A DNA stretch of 44,213 nt, filler included, from Jimgerdemannia flammicorona (GCA_003990765.1; 2 parts of 2 records of this genome joined end to end with filler, not necessarily neighbours in it), one strand, 5' to 3'; counted from the first letter of the whole stretch, positions 13,576-25,435 are shown. Translations and numbers: made by a program. Notes: a model not told the origin generated them from the sequence alone.

Positions 13576-16260
13576 GTATAAATAAGAGACTAGGGTATTG
13601 GTATGGAGAGATACTTTGAAGAATTAGAGAGGAATATATATCTCTCTAGGGAGTAGAGTTATCATCTTAAATATTTACTGGCTGCTAAAGCTATAGTACT
13701 TGGTATATTATCTGGACTTTCAGTATAAGTGGTGAAGAGGCTGATAAAAGTAGCTAAGAACTAGATCTGGACAGAGTGAAGGAATTAGATCAGGTGAGAG
13801 ATTTTGGCAATAAGTGTGAAAAGGTGAGATTTGAGCCTAGTGGACTTCTCAAAGAGATTATATTGCCTAGTTGACTTCTTTAAGAAATTGTATTGCCTTA
13901 AGACCTAGTGACTGAAGAGAGCAGCAGAGTTGAAAGGAGGGGGCTGGGTACTGTATCATACCTGGCTCAATAGAGACAAATTACAAGGGTGGGGGTTGAT
14001 ATAGTTTGGCTTGAGCCCTCAGTTACTTTGTCAAAAGCAACAAAATATTCTGAGATTCCTGAGGTCCTTGTTGGTGTTTAGTAGTATAATAGTCAATCTG
14101 GATACAATGATAGTTCCTCTGGTTATATAGCAGTCAATTTATAAGTTGATTTCCTTATTGAGATGATTCTCTAAATATAGTGGTGGTTTGTGAATGAGTT
14201 TCCTTCTTGGGTCAACTGAGAATTGGTAGAATTTTGTATATAGCACAATGATCTCCTTATGTGTAATAGTGTGGCAATTTAGTGATTCTCCTTATGTGAT
14301 TTCTGCATAATGATCTTGTGTAGTATAATAATCTTAGCAGTATTCTGTATTTGATAGAGAACTTGATTTGGTGGGTAACTTGGTTTTGGTGTAGATTCTG
14401 GGCTTTTTGAATGTTGTGAATTCTTCTACTCATAAGGAAGAATACTGGTAGCAGATTCTTCTGTATTGGCTCACTGAGAACAAACAAATAACTCAGATGA
14501 TGTAAGTGGCTCAGATAACTCAGATGTTATAGATTGTTTCTGAATTAGTAGGCTCTCTGGAAATACTACTTGAGTGGTACAGATACTTCCTAAATTGGTG
14601 GCTTCAATCAGGAAATATAACTGATGGCTTTGGGAAAGGATCTCTTAGCAAAGTTGTATCAAAGACTGGCTTTGTTTATGTGAATAGATTCATTGTAAAG
14701 TTGTATCAGAAACTGGCTTATATAAGGTGGCTTTCTCTTAGGTAGTGGAAAAGGTAGAAATCTTCAGACTTATCTGGTAAGTAAACCAAAATAAACTTGT
14801 TCTTTATATTGGAAAGTAGACTGGAGTGGGAAAGGAGCAAAGCTCACAATCTCCTAGTAGTGGCTGTAGAGCAGGTGTTTCTTCTAAGTATTGTAATCCT
14901 TTCTAGTTCAAGTGGCTTTTGGCTGACATATCTCTTGAAGTATAGTAGGCAGACTTGTCTTTTGCTTTGTATTTCAGAACTGACATTTATTCACTCTTGT
15001 CTCTGGGGTATTTTATACAGTTGTGGTTGCTATCTGGTTACTATATTACTAACTATAGATTGCTAACTATGGCAAGTGTTCCTTAAGGGTACAGTGTACC
15101 TTGAGAATATGGTATACTTTAAGGATATGGTATATCTGGAGGATACAGGTAAACATACTGTTTCTGGTATCTCTGACTAAATATACAGATTGGTGCAGTA
15201 AAGCAGTCTTGGTTGCTTAGTATACTAGATATAGAATATGACTAATTTATGATTTCAGTGATACAATTCTGTTGCTTGTCACAGTACACTTGATATAGAA
15301 GATATAGAAGATATGATATATATATTTCTGAAGATCTTCTAGAGACTTGCTGCCAGTCATGGGCAGAAAGAGAAGTCAACAACTGTAATATAGGAGATTC
15401 TGGTAGAGTGTGTACAGGATTGATATTAGATGGGAAGATCATGTTGAGAAGAAGTAATAGAACTCAAAAATATAGCAGTGATATTAGCTGTTGATGGTGG
15501 GCTCACCTGTGATTGAATTTGATATAGGGGCTGAAGTAGATAGTCAGCAAGAGACTGGGTAGGATCTGTGGCCAGAAGGTTGGTAGTAAGAAGGAATAGG
15601 CAAGGAGTAGAACTTGAGGGGCTGTAAACCTGAAGATTGGAGATAAAGAAGTAGATCCCTCCCAAATTTTAAGTAGTTTGGTAGAGAGTACTGAGACAGA
15701 ATATTATATTAAACTTCAGGTCTGGACATTTGATTGTAGAGGGTGTCTTTAAGTGTGAAAAATATATGAGAGTAGAGTAAAAGGCAATGGTAGTGCAGAT
15801 CCCAGAATACTAGTTAGAAGAGTATAAGGTGCTTGGTGATTTTTGGAGAGAGATCAGACATTGTCTGGAGGGAGATAATAGGAGAGGTGGGTTGGGTCAA
15901 TGGGGAGTATTAAAGGTATAGCTATTTGGGGGTATTGAGGATGACTGGCTCACATTAGGATTAGCTCTAGCTATCTGAGTTAGAATAGCAAGCTACTGGT
16001 AGGAAATATTTAAGAAGAGCAGAATGATGATAACTGTAGAAAAACTGGTTAGATAGGAGCAACTGATGATAGATATTCTATCTAGATAGTAAAGGAGATG
16101 AAGTCTTAGTGGGGATTGCTGATGGAAATTGATGGTAGTTATTTGTAATAAAAGTAGAGAGAGAATTAAAACTGTAGGTTCTGAGATAGTATTTAAGAGG
16201 ATTAGGATAGAAGAGTAAGTAAGTGTGAGAGTAGGCTCACTATTTGGGTTATACAACCTT
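13576..16260 (+). mobile_element. Older plus-strand LINE ORF2 3' relic that hosts both LTR insertions
   Basis: ~13630-13700 resembles the post-RT LSLxGRxxxxN..KLWY region; ~15795-15860 VVQIPEY*LEEYKVLGDFWREI parallels VVQMPKHIMAACPGVEGFWQML of the minus-strand LINE; very degraded. Confidence 0.55.
13952..15283 (-). repeat. Solo LTR of a related family
   Basis: TGT...ACA termini, flanked by GTAC on both sides (13948-13951, 15284-15287); no internal region. Confidence 0.85.
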
Positions 16261-17599
16261 TGGAAAGCACTTACAACTTTTTTTTTGGAGAAAAGAGACT
16301 AGCAACATAGTGACTGACAGGCAATCTGAGGTATATACTGGGCAGAGTGGCCTAAGTGTATTCAACTGGCAGTATGTGGAGAGAGGCCCTGACCTGGGGG
16401 GTGATATGAGGGGGCTGCTGGTAGAAGGATGCAGAAGGGGAGAAGACAGTAGTGGAGAACAGGGGTCTGAGAGAGTGAGCTTTGCAGAGATGATAAAGGG
16501 GAGACAGCAGGCATCTGGACTAGAGGGATGGCTGAGGAAAGGCAAGGAGATGGAGAAGATGGTAGTATATATGGGGATATTGCTCTTAGTGGTATGGGCG
16601 TGGAGCTGGAGATATAGTAGCTGGGGTGAGTATGATGGCTGATGGTGATGAGATTACCAATCTGGAAAAAAATCCAGATGTGACTACTGATGGTACAGCT
16701 GAGCAGCTGGGGCTTGGAAGGCAGGGAGATTTGGTAGATAGTATGATGGACCTGGCAGTATAATGATATTTAATTATTATATAGTCTAAATATCTAATTC
16801 AGAAGATTTCAGCTATCTCTGGAACTATTATATTAGTTTTAATAAGTGCAAAATAGATTTGCTTACTAAGACAGTTAATAAAAACTACAATAATATCTTG
16901 TTCTACTCAGATCTTAGAAGTTAGATAATAAAGTCTTTTATGATTTGATTCCAGTTATAGATAGAAATAAGCAGAAACTGTAGGAGTTTAGCTAGTAGTT
17001 TATTACTATTATTAAATCTTTAGTATATATTATAAGACTATAAAGATCTTGATGTTTCTTATTATTTTTAACTAGTAGAATTCTTTAGAGATAAGAATGT
17101 AGTTTTTTTTAAAAATAAAATATTCAGCTACTGATATATATATTATAAAGTTCTTATATAATCTTAAGATAGAGAGTATTATATCTAGATACTACTAAAC
17201 TTTTGTAGTCTTGATAGATGAGTTTATCTAATGTAGATAAATCTCTTGACTAGTACTCAGAATAAATCAAATTGTATTAAATTTAGATGAAATTCAATTT
17301 AATTCAAACCAGTGATACTTAAGTAACTCTAGTGTTTCTGACTAAACTCTAGAAGTCTAGCTAACTTCTGCCATAACTGAGACCAGTATATAAATCCCAG
17401 AGACTTAAGAAAATCCCCCTATTGAATCTAAATTCTAAGACAAATTCAGTCTGTAAACAGCAAAGAACTAGTCTCTTATATTTGCAGTTATCAAGAAAGA
17501 CACTATGACTATAAATACTTTTAAGTGAGTACTTCCTCATACTAAAGGCTGCTTAGTATACTTGTATACTAAGTCTCTAAGTAATATCTTGTTTCTCTA

Positions 17600-19324
17600 A
17601 TTATCTAAGAATGGTTTCATTCTCTCTGAGCAGAAGAGTGCTACAGAGAGATCCACTGTCACTGATCCTGTATATGCTATCCCTGGAGCCTCTTTTAGAT
17701 ATGATTTGATAAAAGGTGGGAGGGTTGGACATTCTGGAGATTAATTGGAAGGTGGGGGCCTTCATTAATAATATGATGGTCATGTTAGAGTTAGTGAAGA
17801 ATGTGATAGTACTAAAAGATATAATAGAGTAATATAAGAGATACTCAGATACTAAGCTTTACTGGCATAAGTGGGAGACTTTGGTGTTAGGAGGAGAGAT
17901 AGTAGGTGGAGATATAATTGGAATAATTATCTCCACAGAAGAGGCTGTTCACTACCTAGAGATCTACTTCTCAGTATATGGCTTCTTTTTATCTTATAGA
18001 CAATGAGAGCAGTGGTTAGCAAGTAGAGGAGTACTCTCTTGGGGTGGGGTGGTCGTCAGGTACCATTTGGACTTTTTGGTATGGATGGTCAAGAGATTGT
18101 TGAAGATAGCCAGAACCTAGATATGGGTAGGGTGATAGAGTCAGATTGGTTGAGAGGTGTTGACCTTACTAGTAAACTAGAAAGGACTAGGTCTGGTGGA
18201 TTTTTTCAAGCACCTTTATTACTTATGAGTGTGGTGGCTGAAGTGAGCTAGTAAGTTGAGAGATAAAGTAGATTCCTCTATAGAGAGTAGGAGACCTGAT
18301 TCTTTTTCCATAGTGTGATTAGAACTTACTATCTCTGGTAACTTTGGAGGAGAGTCAGAGGATGCACTTTAGGGGATTCTGGTAGAGAGTGGTTGATGGG
18401 GCTCACTATATTAGTCTCTGATAGTAGGGTGATGAGAGGGAGAAGAACTGAAGACCCCAGATATAGAGATAGAACTGCCTTCTATTGGGTAGAGTATCAG
18501 TGGATAACTTTTGCTTAGAGAATAGCATGGAGTATCTTTGGGAGCATGGGAGAGATCTGTGACCTGAGGCATAGCAGGGGGTGGGAATTGACAAAGAGTG
18601 GGATTGGAATGAAATTTGATTGTAGAGCAAGCAGACAGTAAGATAGATTCCCCTCAAGTTTTTGATGGTATAGTGGAGACTTCTACAGTATAATTTAATG
18701 TTGAACTACTGGTTGAATCACTTGGTGGAAGAAGGTATCCAGGAGTGTGAGGAGTGTCTGAATGTCAGACAGGAGGAGAGAGTAGTATAGACTCCTAAAT
18801 ATTGGCTAGTGGAGTGTGAGATAATAGGTGACTTTTAAAGAGCAATTGTGGAGTAGCTGAGAGTATACCTGTTAGGGCTAGTGGTGGGAGGGAGGTAGGG
18901 TGATCTCTGGAGAAGGCTAGTGAGGGAGTTGGGGGATAAGTAGTTGATATTAAAATGAATGCTAGCTATTTAGATCAGACTTTCCAGACATTGGTTATAT
19001 ATATTTGAGGAAGATCAATAGCTGATACTAAGGGTGAGGATTACTATATAGAAGTGACTAATGGTGGACTTATTGAATAGGTGGTAGAGGGAGTGGGGTA
19101 CTAGTAGTAGGTATTAGAGGTAACTAGTAGAGACAATTTATAAGAAGAGTAGAGAGAGAATTGGAGTAATAGGAGAGATGGTAGTATTTTAGAGGAATAG
19201 TATAGGGGGGAAGAAGCCTTATTGTAGGATTGGGTGAGGGGTTCATTTGTATTAGTATAATATAGATAGTTTACTAATAAAGTAGAAGTCCTTATAATAA
19301 TAATAATAAAAAAAATAAAAAAAA
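17600..19324 (+). mobile_element. 5'-truncated plus-strand LINE relic with A-rich tail
   Basis: RRVLQRDPLSLILYMLSLEPLL (RT motif, ~17630-17697), GAFINNM (decayed FADD, 17755-17775), (TAA)n/poly(A) at ~19295-19324. Confidence 0.75.
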
Positions 19325-20552
19325 TTGGAGAGAGGAAAGAAAAGAGAAGATAAAGGAGAGAGAGAAGAGGAGAATATATAATAGATTATTTAACAGAAGT
19401 AAGCAGGTCATAAATAATAGAAATAGAATAGTTATAGTAGTAGACCAAGAAGTTATCAAGAACTCAAACAGTCAACACTCAGTCAAAATGATAGGAGCAG
19501 TATAAAATAAGATAATAAATCTTATTCTAAATATACTTATAAAGAGTACAATGAGGATGATTGGAATGATAGTCAGAGAATGTTGGAAATGAGAGAATTT
19601 AAAATAAACAATAGTCTGAAAGAGGAAAAGAGAAATGGAAAGATCCAAAAAGAGGATATTAGTTATACTGAGTATCTAAGTAATAGAATGATGAAGAGAG
19701 TAGATACTATAAAATATACTGGAGATATTAATACCAGCAATAGCAAGGATAATAAAGTCATCAATATAGTGGTAAAAAAAAATATCTCTAGTCCAGAAGG
19801 TAATAGTAAGTGGTGAAGAAGTATCATATAATATATGAAGCTCTTGAACCAAGCCAATAATATTAGTAAGAGTGGGGCAAAATTCATTTCTATAGCAATA
19901 CTAGAAGTTGCCAATAGTTGACTTAAAATAATTTAAGTAATAGATGAGGAGCATAAGCTCAATAATAAAAGCCAATGAGACTGGAAAATCTAAAGAAAAA
20001 ATAATAGAACTCAGAAAATAAAGGCAATCACCAATCTCATCAAATTGAATAGCAGTGTAGAAAGAGGAGAAATTACCAGAGACCAAGTAAAAAATATAAT
20101 AAATAGGTATAATAGTAAAATAAAAAAGTATAAGCTCCTGAGTATTATAAAGAATCATATATATATATTTAGGCCCAAGATAGTACTGTAAAAGTATTAT
20201 CTAAGAGAGAAAGAAATGTGATAACTATTTTGAGATCTCAGTAGTAAGTGAGCAATAGATAGCTGTGATGAGATACTAAGCTAAAGTAGGCTTATGAACT
20301 TTAGGAAGAGTATAGAAAATCAAGAGACAAATATCTGATTAGGATAAAGAGTCTTAGAAGAAGTGAAAAATGAGAGATATAAATGGAGGATCTGAAAGCA
20401 AGGCTATATAAGTAAATTTAACCTAAAGAGAGAGAGTATCTTATCCAATTTAAGGACATATGGCTTATAAGCCACAGTACAGAGGAGGGAAATAAGCGCG
20501 TAACCTGCGCCTCTCTCTCTTCTTTCTCCCTCACTGCATTCATACACCCGCA

Positions 20553-20939
20553 ATGACCTTACTCGACAACGACGCATTCCTAACACAGCTCACCCGCTGC
20601 TTCGAAAAATCAAAGGCTAACGGCACCGTCTACATCACAATGAAGCGCCAGCCGGAAAAACCGCCAAAGAAGGACGCCAAGAAAGACGCTAACAAGGATG
20701 TCCCCATGGCCGACGCGAAAGACGACGACGACGACCGCGAGCACCCATGCCTAGTGAGAGCCGTCTACAAAAAGACCAAGATCAGCGCCCTGGTACACGC
20801 ATCGAACACAGACCGATTCCAGTTCAACTACGGTAACATCGTTAAGGTCCACATGGACTCGCTCAAGAAGAAAGACCGCAAGGCCAAGACCGCGCTGAAG
20901 AAGCGTACCGCCAACAAGAAGCCCAAAGCGACGGCGTAA
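20553..20939 (+). CDS. SRP14: Signal recognition particle 14 kDa subunit
   Basis: Intact 128-aa ORF: LLDNDAFLTQLTRCFE..GTVYITMKR..CLVRA..KISALV..F...Y..IVKVHMDSLKKKDRK, the characteristic SRP14 pattern; GC- and CpG-rich. Confidence 0.95.
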   Translation: MTLLDNDAFLTQLTRCFEKSKANGTVYITMKRQPEKPPKKDAKKDANKDVPMADAKDDDDDREHPCLVRAVYKKTKISALVHASNTDRFQFNYGNIVKVHMDSLKKKDRKAKTALKKRTANKKPKATA

Positions 20940-21149
20940 GACCAATGTTTTAGGGAATGCGTGTATGTGTTCCCGCCGCGGGGGGGGGGGGGGAAGGGGG
21001 GTATACGACAACGAAGGGAGGGTGAATGGCTGATAGCGTTGTGCCAGATAATATCTGTAAAATATACCTGGCGGGGTAAATGATGGGATATCAAAAAAGA
21101 GATTGTGGACTAGGTTTAGCGTTGGGGGAGATGTAAGAGCTGCATGTCT

Positions 21150-21683
21150 GCTTTACTGGCCCCGCTTCAAAGTGGGATCTTGAACATGATGGTGCATGCG
21201 TCGCGAACGTGTCCGTTTAACGTGGTTGCATTCTTCAAGTCGAGCCCGTCCAACCACAATATATTCCCCTGGTTAAGGACAACGCTACATCAACTTCATA
21301 GAGTTTATATATCATACATGTCTGGGATTCAATTTGATATTCCGCCACGGCTTTCGACAAACGCGTTATAAAATCGACAAAGGAATGCAAGAGGATACGG
21401 ATAGAGGGCCGGAGTCGCGAACAAGATCATAATGATTTCGAAGGCTGGCGTCGAAATGGCAACGGCCCGTCAAATCCACTTCTAGAAACAAAGGCGAGCA
21501 AGTAAGTGAGTAATGCGCGAAGCACAAAAAAAATGCCCAACCTATACCATTACTCACACAATTCATATTGATGCAAACGTAAATGGCCTCCCCGTCCGGC
21601 TTGTACAGGACCCTCATCGTACTTCGGCAGGACATGCAGATGGACGTAGTCACGTCCAGATTCCGGGAGCGCTTGAGAGGCAT
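21150..21683 (-). CDS. Possible small spliced Cys-motif (zinc-ribbon-like) protein convergent with SRP14
   Basis: ATG at 21683, MPLKRSRNLDVTTSICMSCRSTMRVLYKPDGEAIYVCINMNC, then GTGAGT donor (21557) and a pyrimidine-rich TAG acceptor (21482); downstream exon structure unresolved. Confidence 0.4.
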
Positions 21684-22057
21684 GTTGGGGTGGTGTGTCG
21701 GTAAAGATGGGGAGTGGGGAGCGAGAGAGGGTTGATCGAATGGAATATGTGCTGCAGGATCTGTATTCTTCCCCCCTTTTTTTCTTTGACACGCGGACGG
21801 GAATATTCTCGTGCGCGTACACCCTCGGAATACTTGTTGCATCGGTGGGTGGGTGGGTAGAGATCAAGTTGGATGTATTTTGTTTCGATTAGCTAGCTTT
21901 TCGAAGCCGCTCCTACGCAGGATTTGGCTGGGTGGAGTCTGAGAGGCGTGCGGCTGTTGATACTTTTGAATGCACTTACATGTAAAGAGAGAGAGAGAAG
22001 ATGACGGCAATATTGTATTCCATCCTTAAATCCCCCCGAGCTCCAACCATCTCCCCC

Positions 22058-22157
22058 NNNNNNNNNNNNNNNNNNNNNNNNNNNNNNNNNNNNNNNNNNN
22101 NTTAATTAATTAANNNNNNNNNNNNNNNNNNNNNNNNNNNNNNNNNNNNNNNNNNNN
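22058..22157. other. Assembly gap with synthetic six-frame stop linker
   Basis: 44 N + TTAATTAATTAA (22102-22113) + 44 N = exactly 100 nt. Confidence 0.97.
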
Positions 22158-22184
22158 CACCTGGCCTACCCCTATTAGTGCCTC

Positions 22185-23343
22185 CCCATCTTGCCCATCT
22201 TGCCCATCTTGCCCGGTTGCCTGGTTGCCCATGTCATTTTTCCCATTTTGCCCATCTTGCCCATGTCGCCCATCTTGCCATCTTGCCCGTCTTGCCCATC
22301 TTGCCCATGTTACCTGCGTCTTGCCCGTGTCATTTTGCCTGTTTTGCCCGTCTTGCCCATGTTGCCCGACTTGCCGTCTTGCCCGTCTTGCCCGTCATGC
22401 CCGTGTTACCCATCTTGCCCGTCTTGCCTGTCGTTTTGCCCGTTTTGCCCGTCTTGCCCATGTCGCCCGTCTTGTCTTGCCCATGTTGCCCATCTTGCCC
22501 ATTTTGCCAGTCTTGCCCCTGTCGTTTTGCCCGTTTTGCCCATCTTGCCCATGTCGCCTGTCTTGCCGTCTTGCCCGTGTTGCCCATCTTGCCCATTTTG
22601 CCCGTTATGCCCGTCTTGCCCGTTATGCCCATCTTGCTCATTTTGCCCGTTTTGCCCGTCTTGCCCATTTTGCCCGTCTTGCCCATTTTGCCCGTTTTGC
22701 CCATCTTGCCATGTCATTTTGCCCGTTTTGCCCATCTTGTCCATGTCGCCCGTCTTGCCGTCTTGCCCATCTTGCCCGTCTTGCCCGTGTTACCTGTCTT
22801 GCCCATCTTGTCCGTCTTGCCCGTCTCGCCCATCTTGCCCGTCTTGCCCATCTTGTCTGTCGTTTTGCCCGTTTTGCCCATCTTGCCCATGTCGCCCGTC
22901 TTGTCTTGCCCGTATTGCCCATCTTGCCTGCTTTGCTGGTCTTGCCCTGTCGTTTTACCTGTTTTGCCCATCTTGTCCATGTCGCCCGTCTTGCCGTCTT
23001 GCCCGTGTTGCCCATCTTACCCGTTTTGCCGGTCTTGCCCGTGTCATTTTGCCTGTTTTGCCCATCTTGCCCATGTCGCCCATCTTGCCCATGTCGCCCG
23101 TCTTACCATCTTGCCCATGTTACCCATCTTGCCTGTTTTGCCCGTTTTGCCTGTCTTGCCTGTCTTGCCCGTCTTGCCCGTCTTGCCCGTCTTGCCTGTG
23201 TCATTTTGCCGGTTTTGCCCGTCTTGCCCATGTCGCCCATCTTGCCGTCTTGCCCATCTTGCCCATGTTGTCCGTGTTGCCCGTGTTACCCATGTTGCCC
23301 ATGTTGCCCGTCTTGCCTGTGTCGTTTTGCCCATCTTGCCCCG
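22185..23343. repeat. 9-bp tandem satellite (consensus CTTGCCCRT) with irregular higher-order units
   Basis: Directly visible; variants CTTGCCCGT, CTTGCCCAT, TTTGCCCGT; recurrent GTCRTTTTGCC marker. Confidence 0.95.
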
Positions 23344-23505
23344 AAATTCTTGAAATCCTTGTAACTTGCTGAAACTAGAAGCTATGGCTATGCTGAAAAG
23401 ACCAGGCGGGACTCCTATATCTAAGGGATGAGGTACACCTGTTGGCGCTCCTTGGAGCCTATATTTGTGACCTCCAAAACTTGAGAAGCTCACCATCCTG
23501 GTGGC

Positions 23506-23904
23506 TTAGACGCGGAGCCAACTATTTGGTCCGAGTGAAAGGTCATCGTTCGGAGACCTTTCTTTTGTTGCCACTGACAATCGCAGGGTTTTCTGGCGTA
23601 TATACGAGCAATCCTTTCCCAAGCCGCGACATCTCGAACAGGGTTCATTTCTATTGCAAAATTTTCTACTCTTGTCACAATTATTGCAGCACTGTTTTTT
23701 TGGTTTGTTTCTTTTCAAAGGGGAAGAGTGGATATTTTGTGGTGATTCGCTAAGAAATTGAAAGCTATGCATTTGGGGATTGGTGCTTGTGTGCATATGT
23801 GCAGTATTTGGTATGTCGATACTTGTCTTCGACGACGAGCTTTTTATATCAGTTTCATGTGAACTTCGAAGGATTAAATGTGCCCCTGCCATATGATGGG
23901 ACAT
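23506..23904 (-). CDS. Zn(II)2Cys6 binuclear-cluster domain protein (short, possibly truncated)
   Basis: CNNCDKSRKFCNRNEPCSRCRGLGKDC = Cx2Cx6Cx5Cx2Cx6C, preceded by a basic stretch; start codon uncertain. Confidence 0.88.
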   Translation of the reverse strand: MSHHMAGAHLILRSSHETDIKSSSSKTSIDIPNTAHMHTSTNPQMHSFQFLSESPQNIHSSPLKRNKPKKQCCNNCDKSRKFCNRNEPCSRCRGLGKDCSYIRQKTLRLSVATKERSPNDDLSLGPNSWLRV

Positions 23905-24337
23905 GACCCAGATCTAAGGTACTGTATTGTACACAAATATGGTGCGGCGCACGTGCAGCACCAACAAATACTGCTCCGGCGACTCGAGTCTTCACAAAAC
24001 CCCCACATTTTCATATCTTTTAGGCATTCAGATACACTTATACCCTCACAGCTACACATTCTATTGTATTTGTCTCCATTATGAATGCCTATAATGGTGA
24101 CAAAGAGGTAGAGTCTGTGGTGCGTCGACTGCTATGTGTGCTAAATAGTCTTAGTGAGGTCAAACCATATAATAATACACCCTCTCCTAGTGTCAGGAGT
24201 CTTCTGGAAAATATTTTCCAGAAGACTATGATGCGTTTGGTGATGTAGATGCTTGCAACGTAGCTTAAATTATATGTTACATTTATAAGATCTATCATCC
24301 TGAGATGATAGATCTAAAATCAATACAATAAAAGGAT

Positions 24338-24421
24338 TGCTCTGAAGTGGATTCGAACCACTATCCAACTGCAACAGTATATGTGTAAATCAGTTGCACT
24401 ACCAATTTGAGCTAATGGAGC
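24338..24421 (-). tRNA. Intron-containing tRNA-like gene/pseudogene (anticodon reads TAC under canonical numbering; identity uncertain)
   Basis: A box TAGCTCAAATTGG; perfect T arm AGTGG-TTCGAAT-CCACT; acceptor GCTCCAT/TCAGAGC pairs 6/7 if two CpG transitions are reversed; ~10 extra nt in anticodon loop; T4 run downstream. Confidence 0.65.
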
Positions 24422-25435
24422 CAATTTTCTAGCATTGTGTAACTGCATAGTGCTTTCTACTAGAAATCTGTAGATTCATCAGTGGTGATTTCGGATCTAT
24501 GGATCGTTTTCGCTGCATGGATATTTCATTTGCATTCTGCTCAGAGGTGACTGGGACTATGCACACAATATGGGAAATATTCGAGTATCTTACTCCTCTC
24601 TTTGCACCATTTAGGCTTCCGTTTGTTATGAATAATTTTTTGGGGTTTAATGTATTTATGGCAGTTTTTATTAACACCGGGACTCAGTTTGACTTGAACA
24701 AACATGGGAATTGTGATCGGCTCAGATTGTCGTATATCGGTATCTATAGAAACGTCGATCACGAAATTACATCAGGCCCCCACATTTTCTGGCATGGAAA
24801 ATGAGGATTTTGGATCAGTGAGATACATGACCCATGCCTCCGCTGCCACAGATTGTGATTTTGTTTGGTAACAGCTGCGCAAGATTCTTACTGTTGGAGA
24901 TGTGGTTGACAAACAAATCATTCTTTCTCTGTTGTCGAAAGGGTCGGAGAGTGGACTGATCATATATCACTCAAATAATATCCTATGTTAAAATATTACC
25001 TAGTATAATTTCAACCTTCTAAAGCATGAGGTTGGTAATGATGATATAGTTGAATTACATTCTCTTCTCTTTATATTCTCTCAAATCAATGGTTAATTTG
25101 AAATTAGCATATGGTAGATAAAATGCCTAAAACGTATATTTGTATTGTACTAACCAAAACCTACTTTATATTTCTAACTAAATCTTGTTTTTTTTTTGTT
25201 ATTCTAATAAAATCTTGCTTTTCACTAACCAAATGCTGAATTTGTTTTTATGCTACTAAGAGTATTTCATTCGGATTATGGACTAAACGAAATTTGAACT
25301 CCACCCAGGATACTGATGATATCCAACTTGATCCTTTTGGATGGTATTTGACTAATTTCAGATCTATCAGGACCACTGCAATTGCTCTCTAGTTCGGCCT
25401 GCGAGGCAGTGCGATGGTGATCCTTCTTTGAATCG

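Noticed and set aside
13820..13910. GGTGAGATTTGAGCC as a reverse tRNA B box
   Set aside because: No cloverleaf; fits a decayed LINE GGLGLVDF region with a short local duplication.
12275..15283. The two LTRs as the paired ends of one tiny element (TRIM/LARD)
   Set aside because: The second LTR has its own GTAC TSD, the 376-bp spacer resembles LINE sequence, and the PBS lies on the far side of the first LTR.
16750..17600. AT-rich segment (also 19325-20450) as a distinct gene or element
   Set aside because: Too mutated to assign by eye; probably further TE relics.
20980..21002. G-run after SRP14 as a G-quadruplex regulator
   Set aside because: A single homopolymer tract of uncertain length; no supporting evidence.
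22058..22157. TTAATTAATTAA palindrome inside Ns as a biological site, and linkage of left and right blocks
   Set aside because: Symmetric 100-nt synthetic spacer with stops in all frames; true distance and adjacency of the two blocks are unproven.
22178..23372. Three overlapping ~380-390 aa plus-strand ORFs (LPVLPI / CPSCPS / ARLAHL)
   Set aside because: By-product of a stop-free 9-bp satellite; all frames are open.
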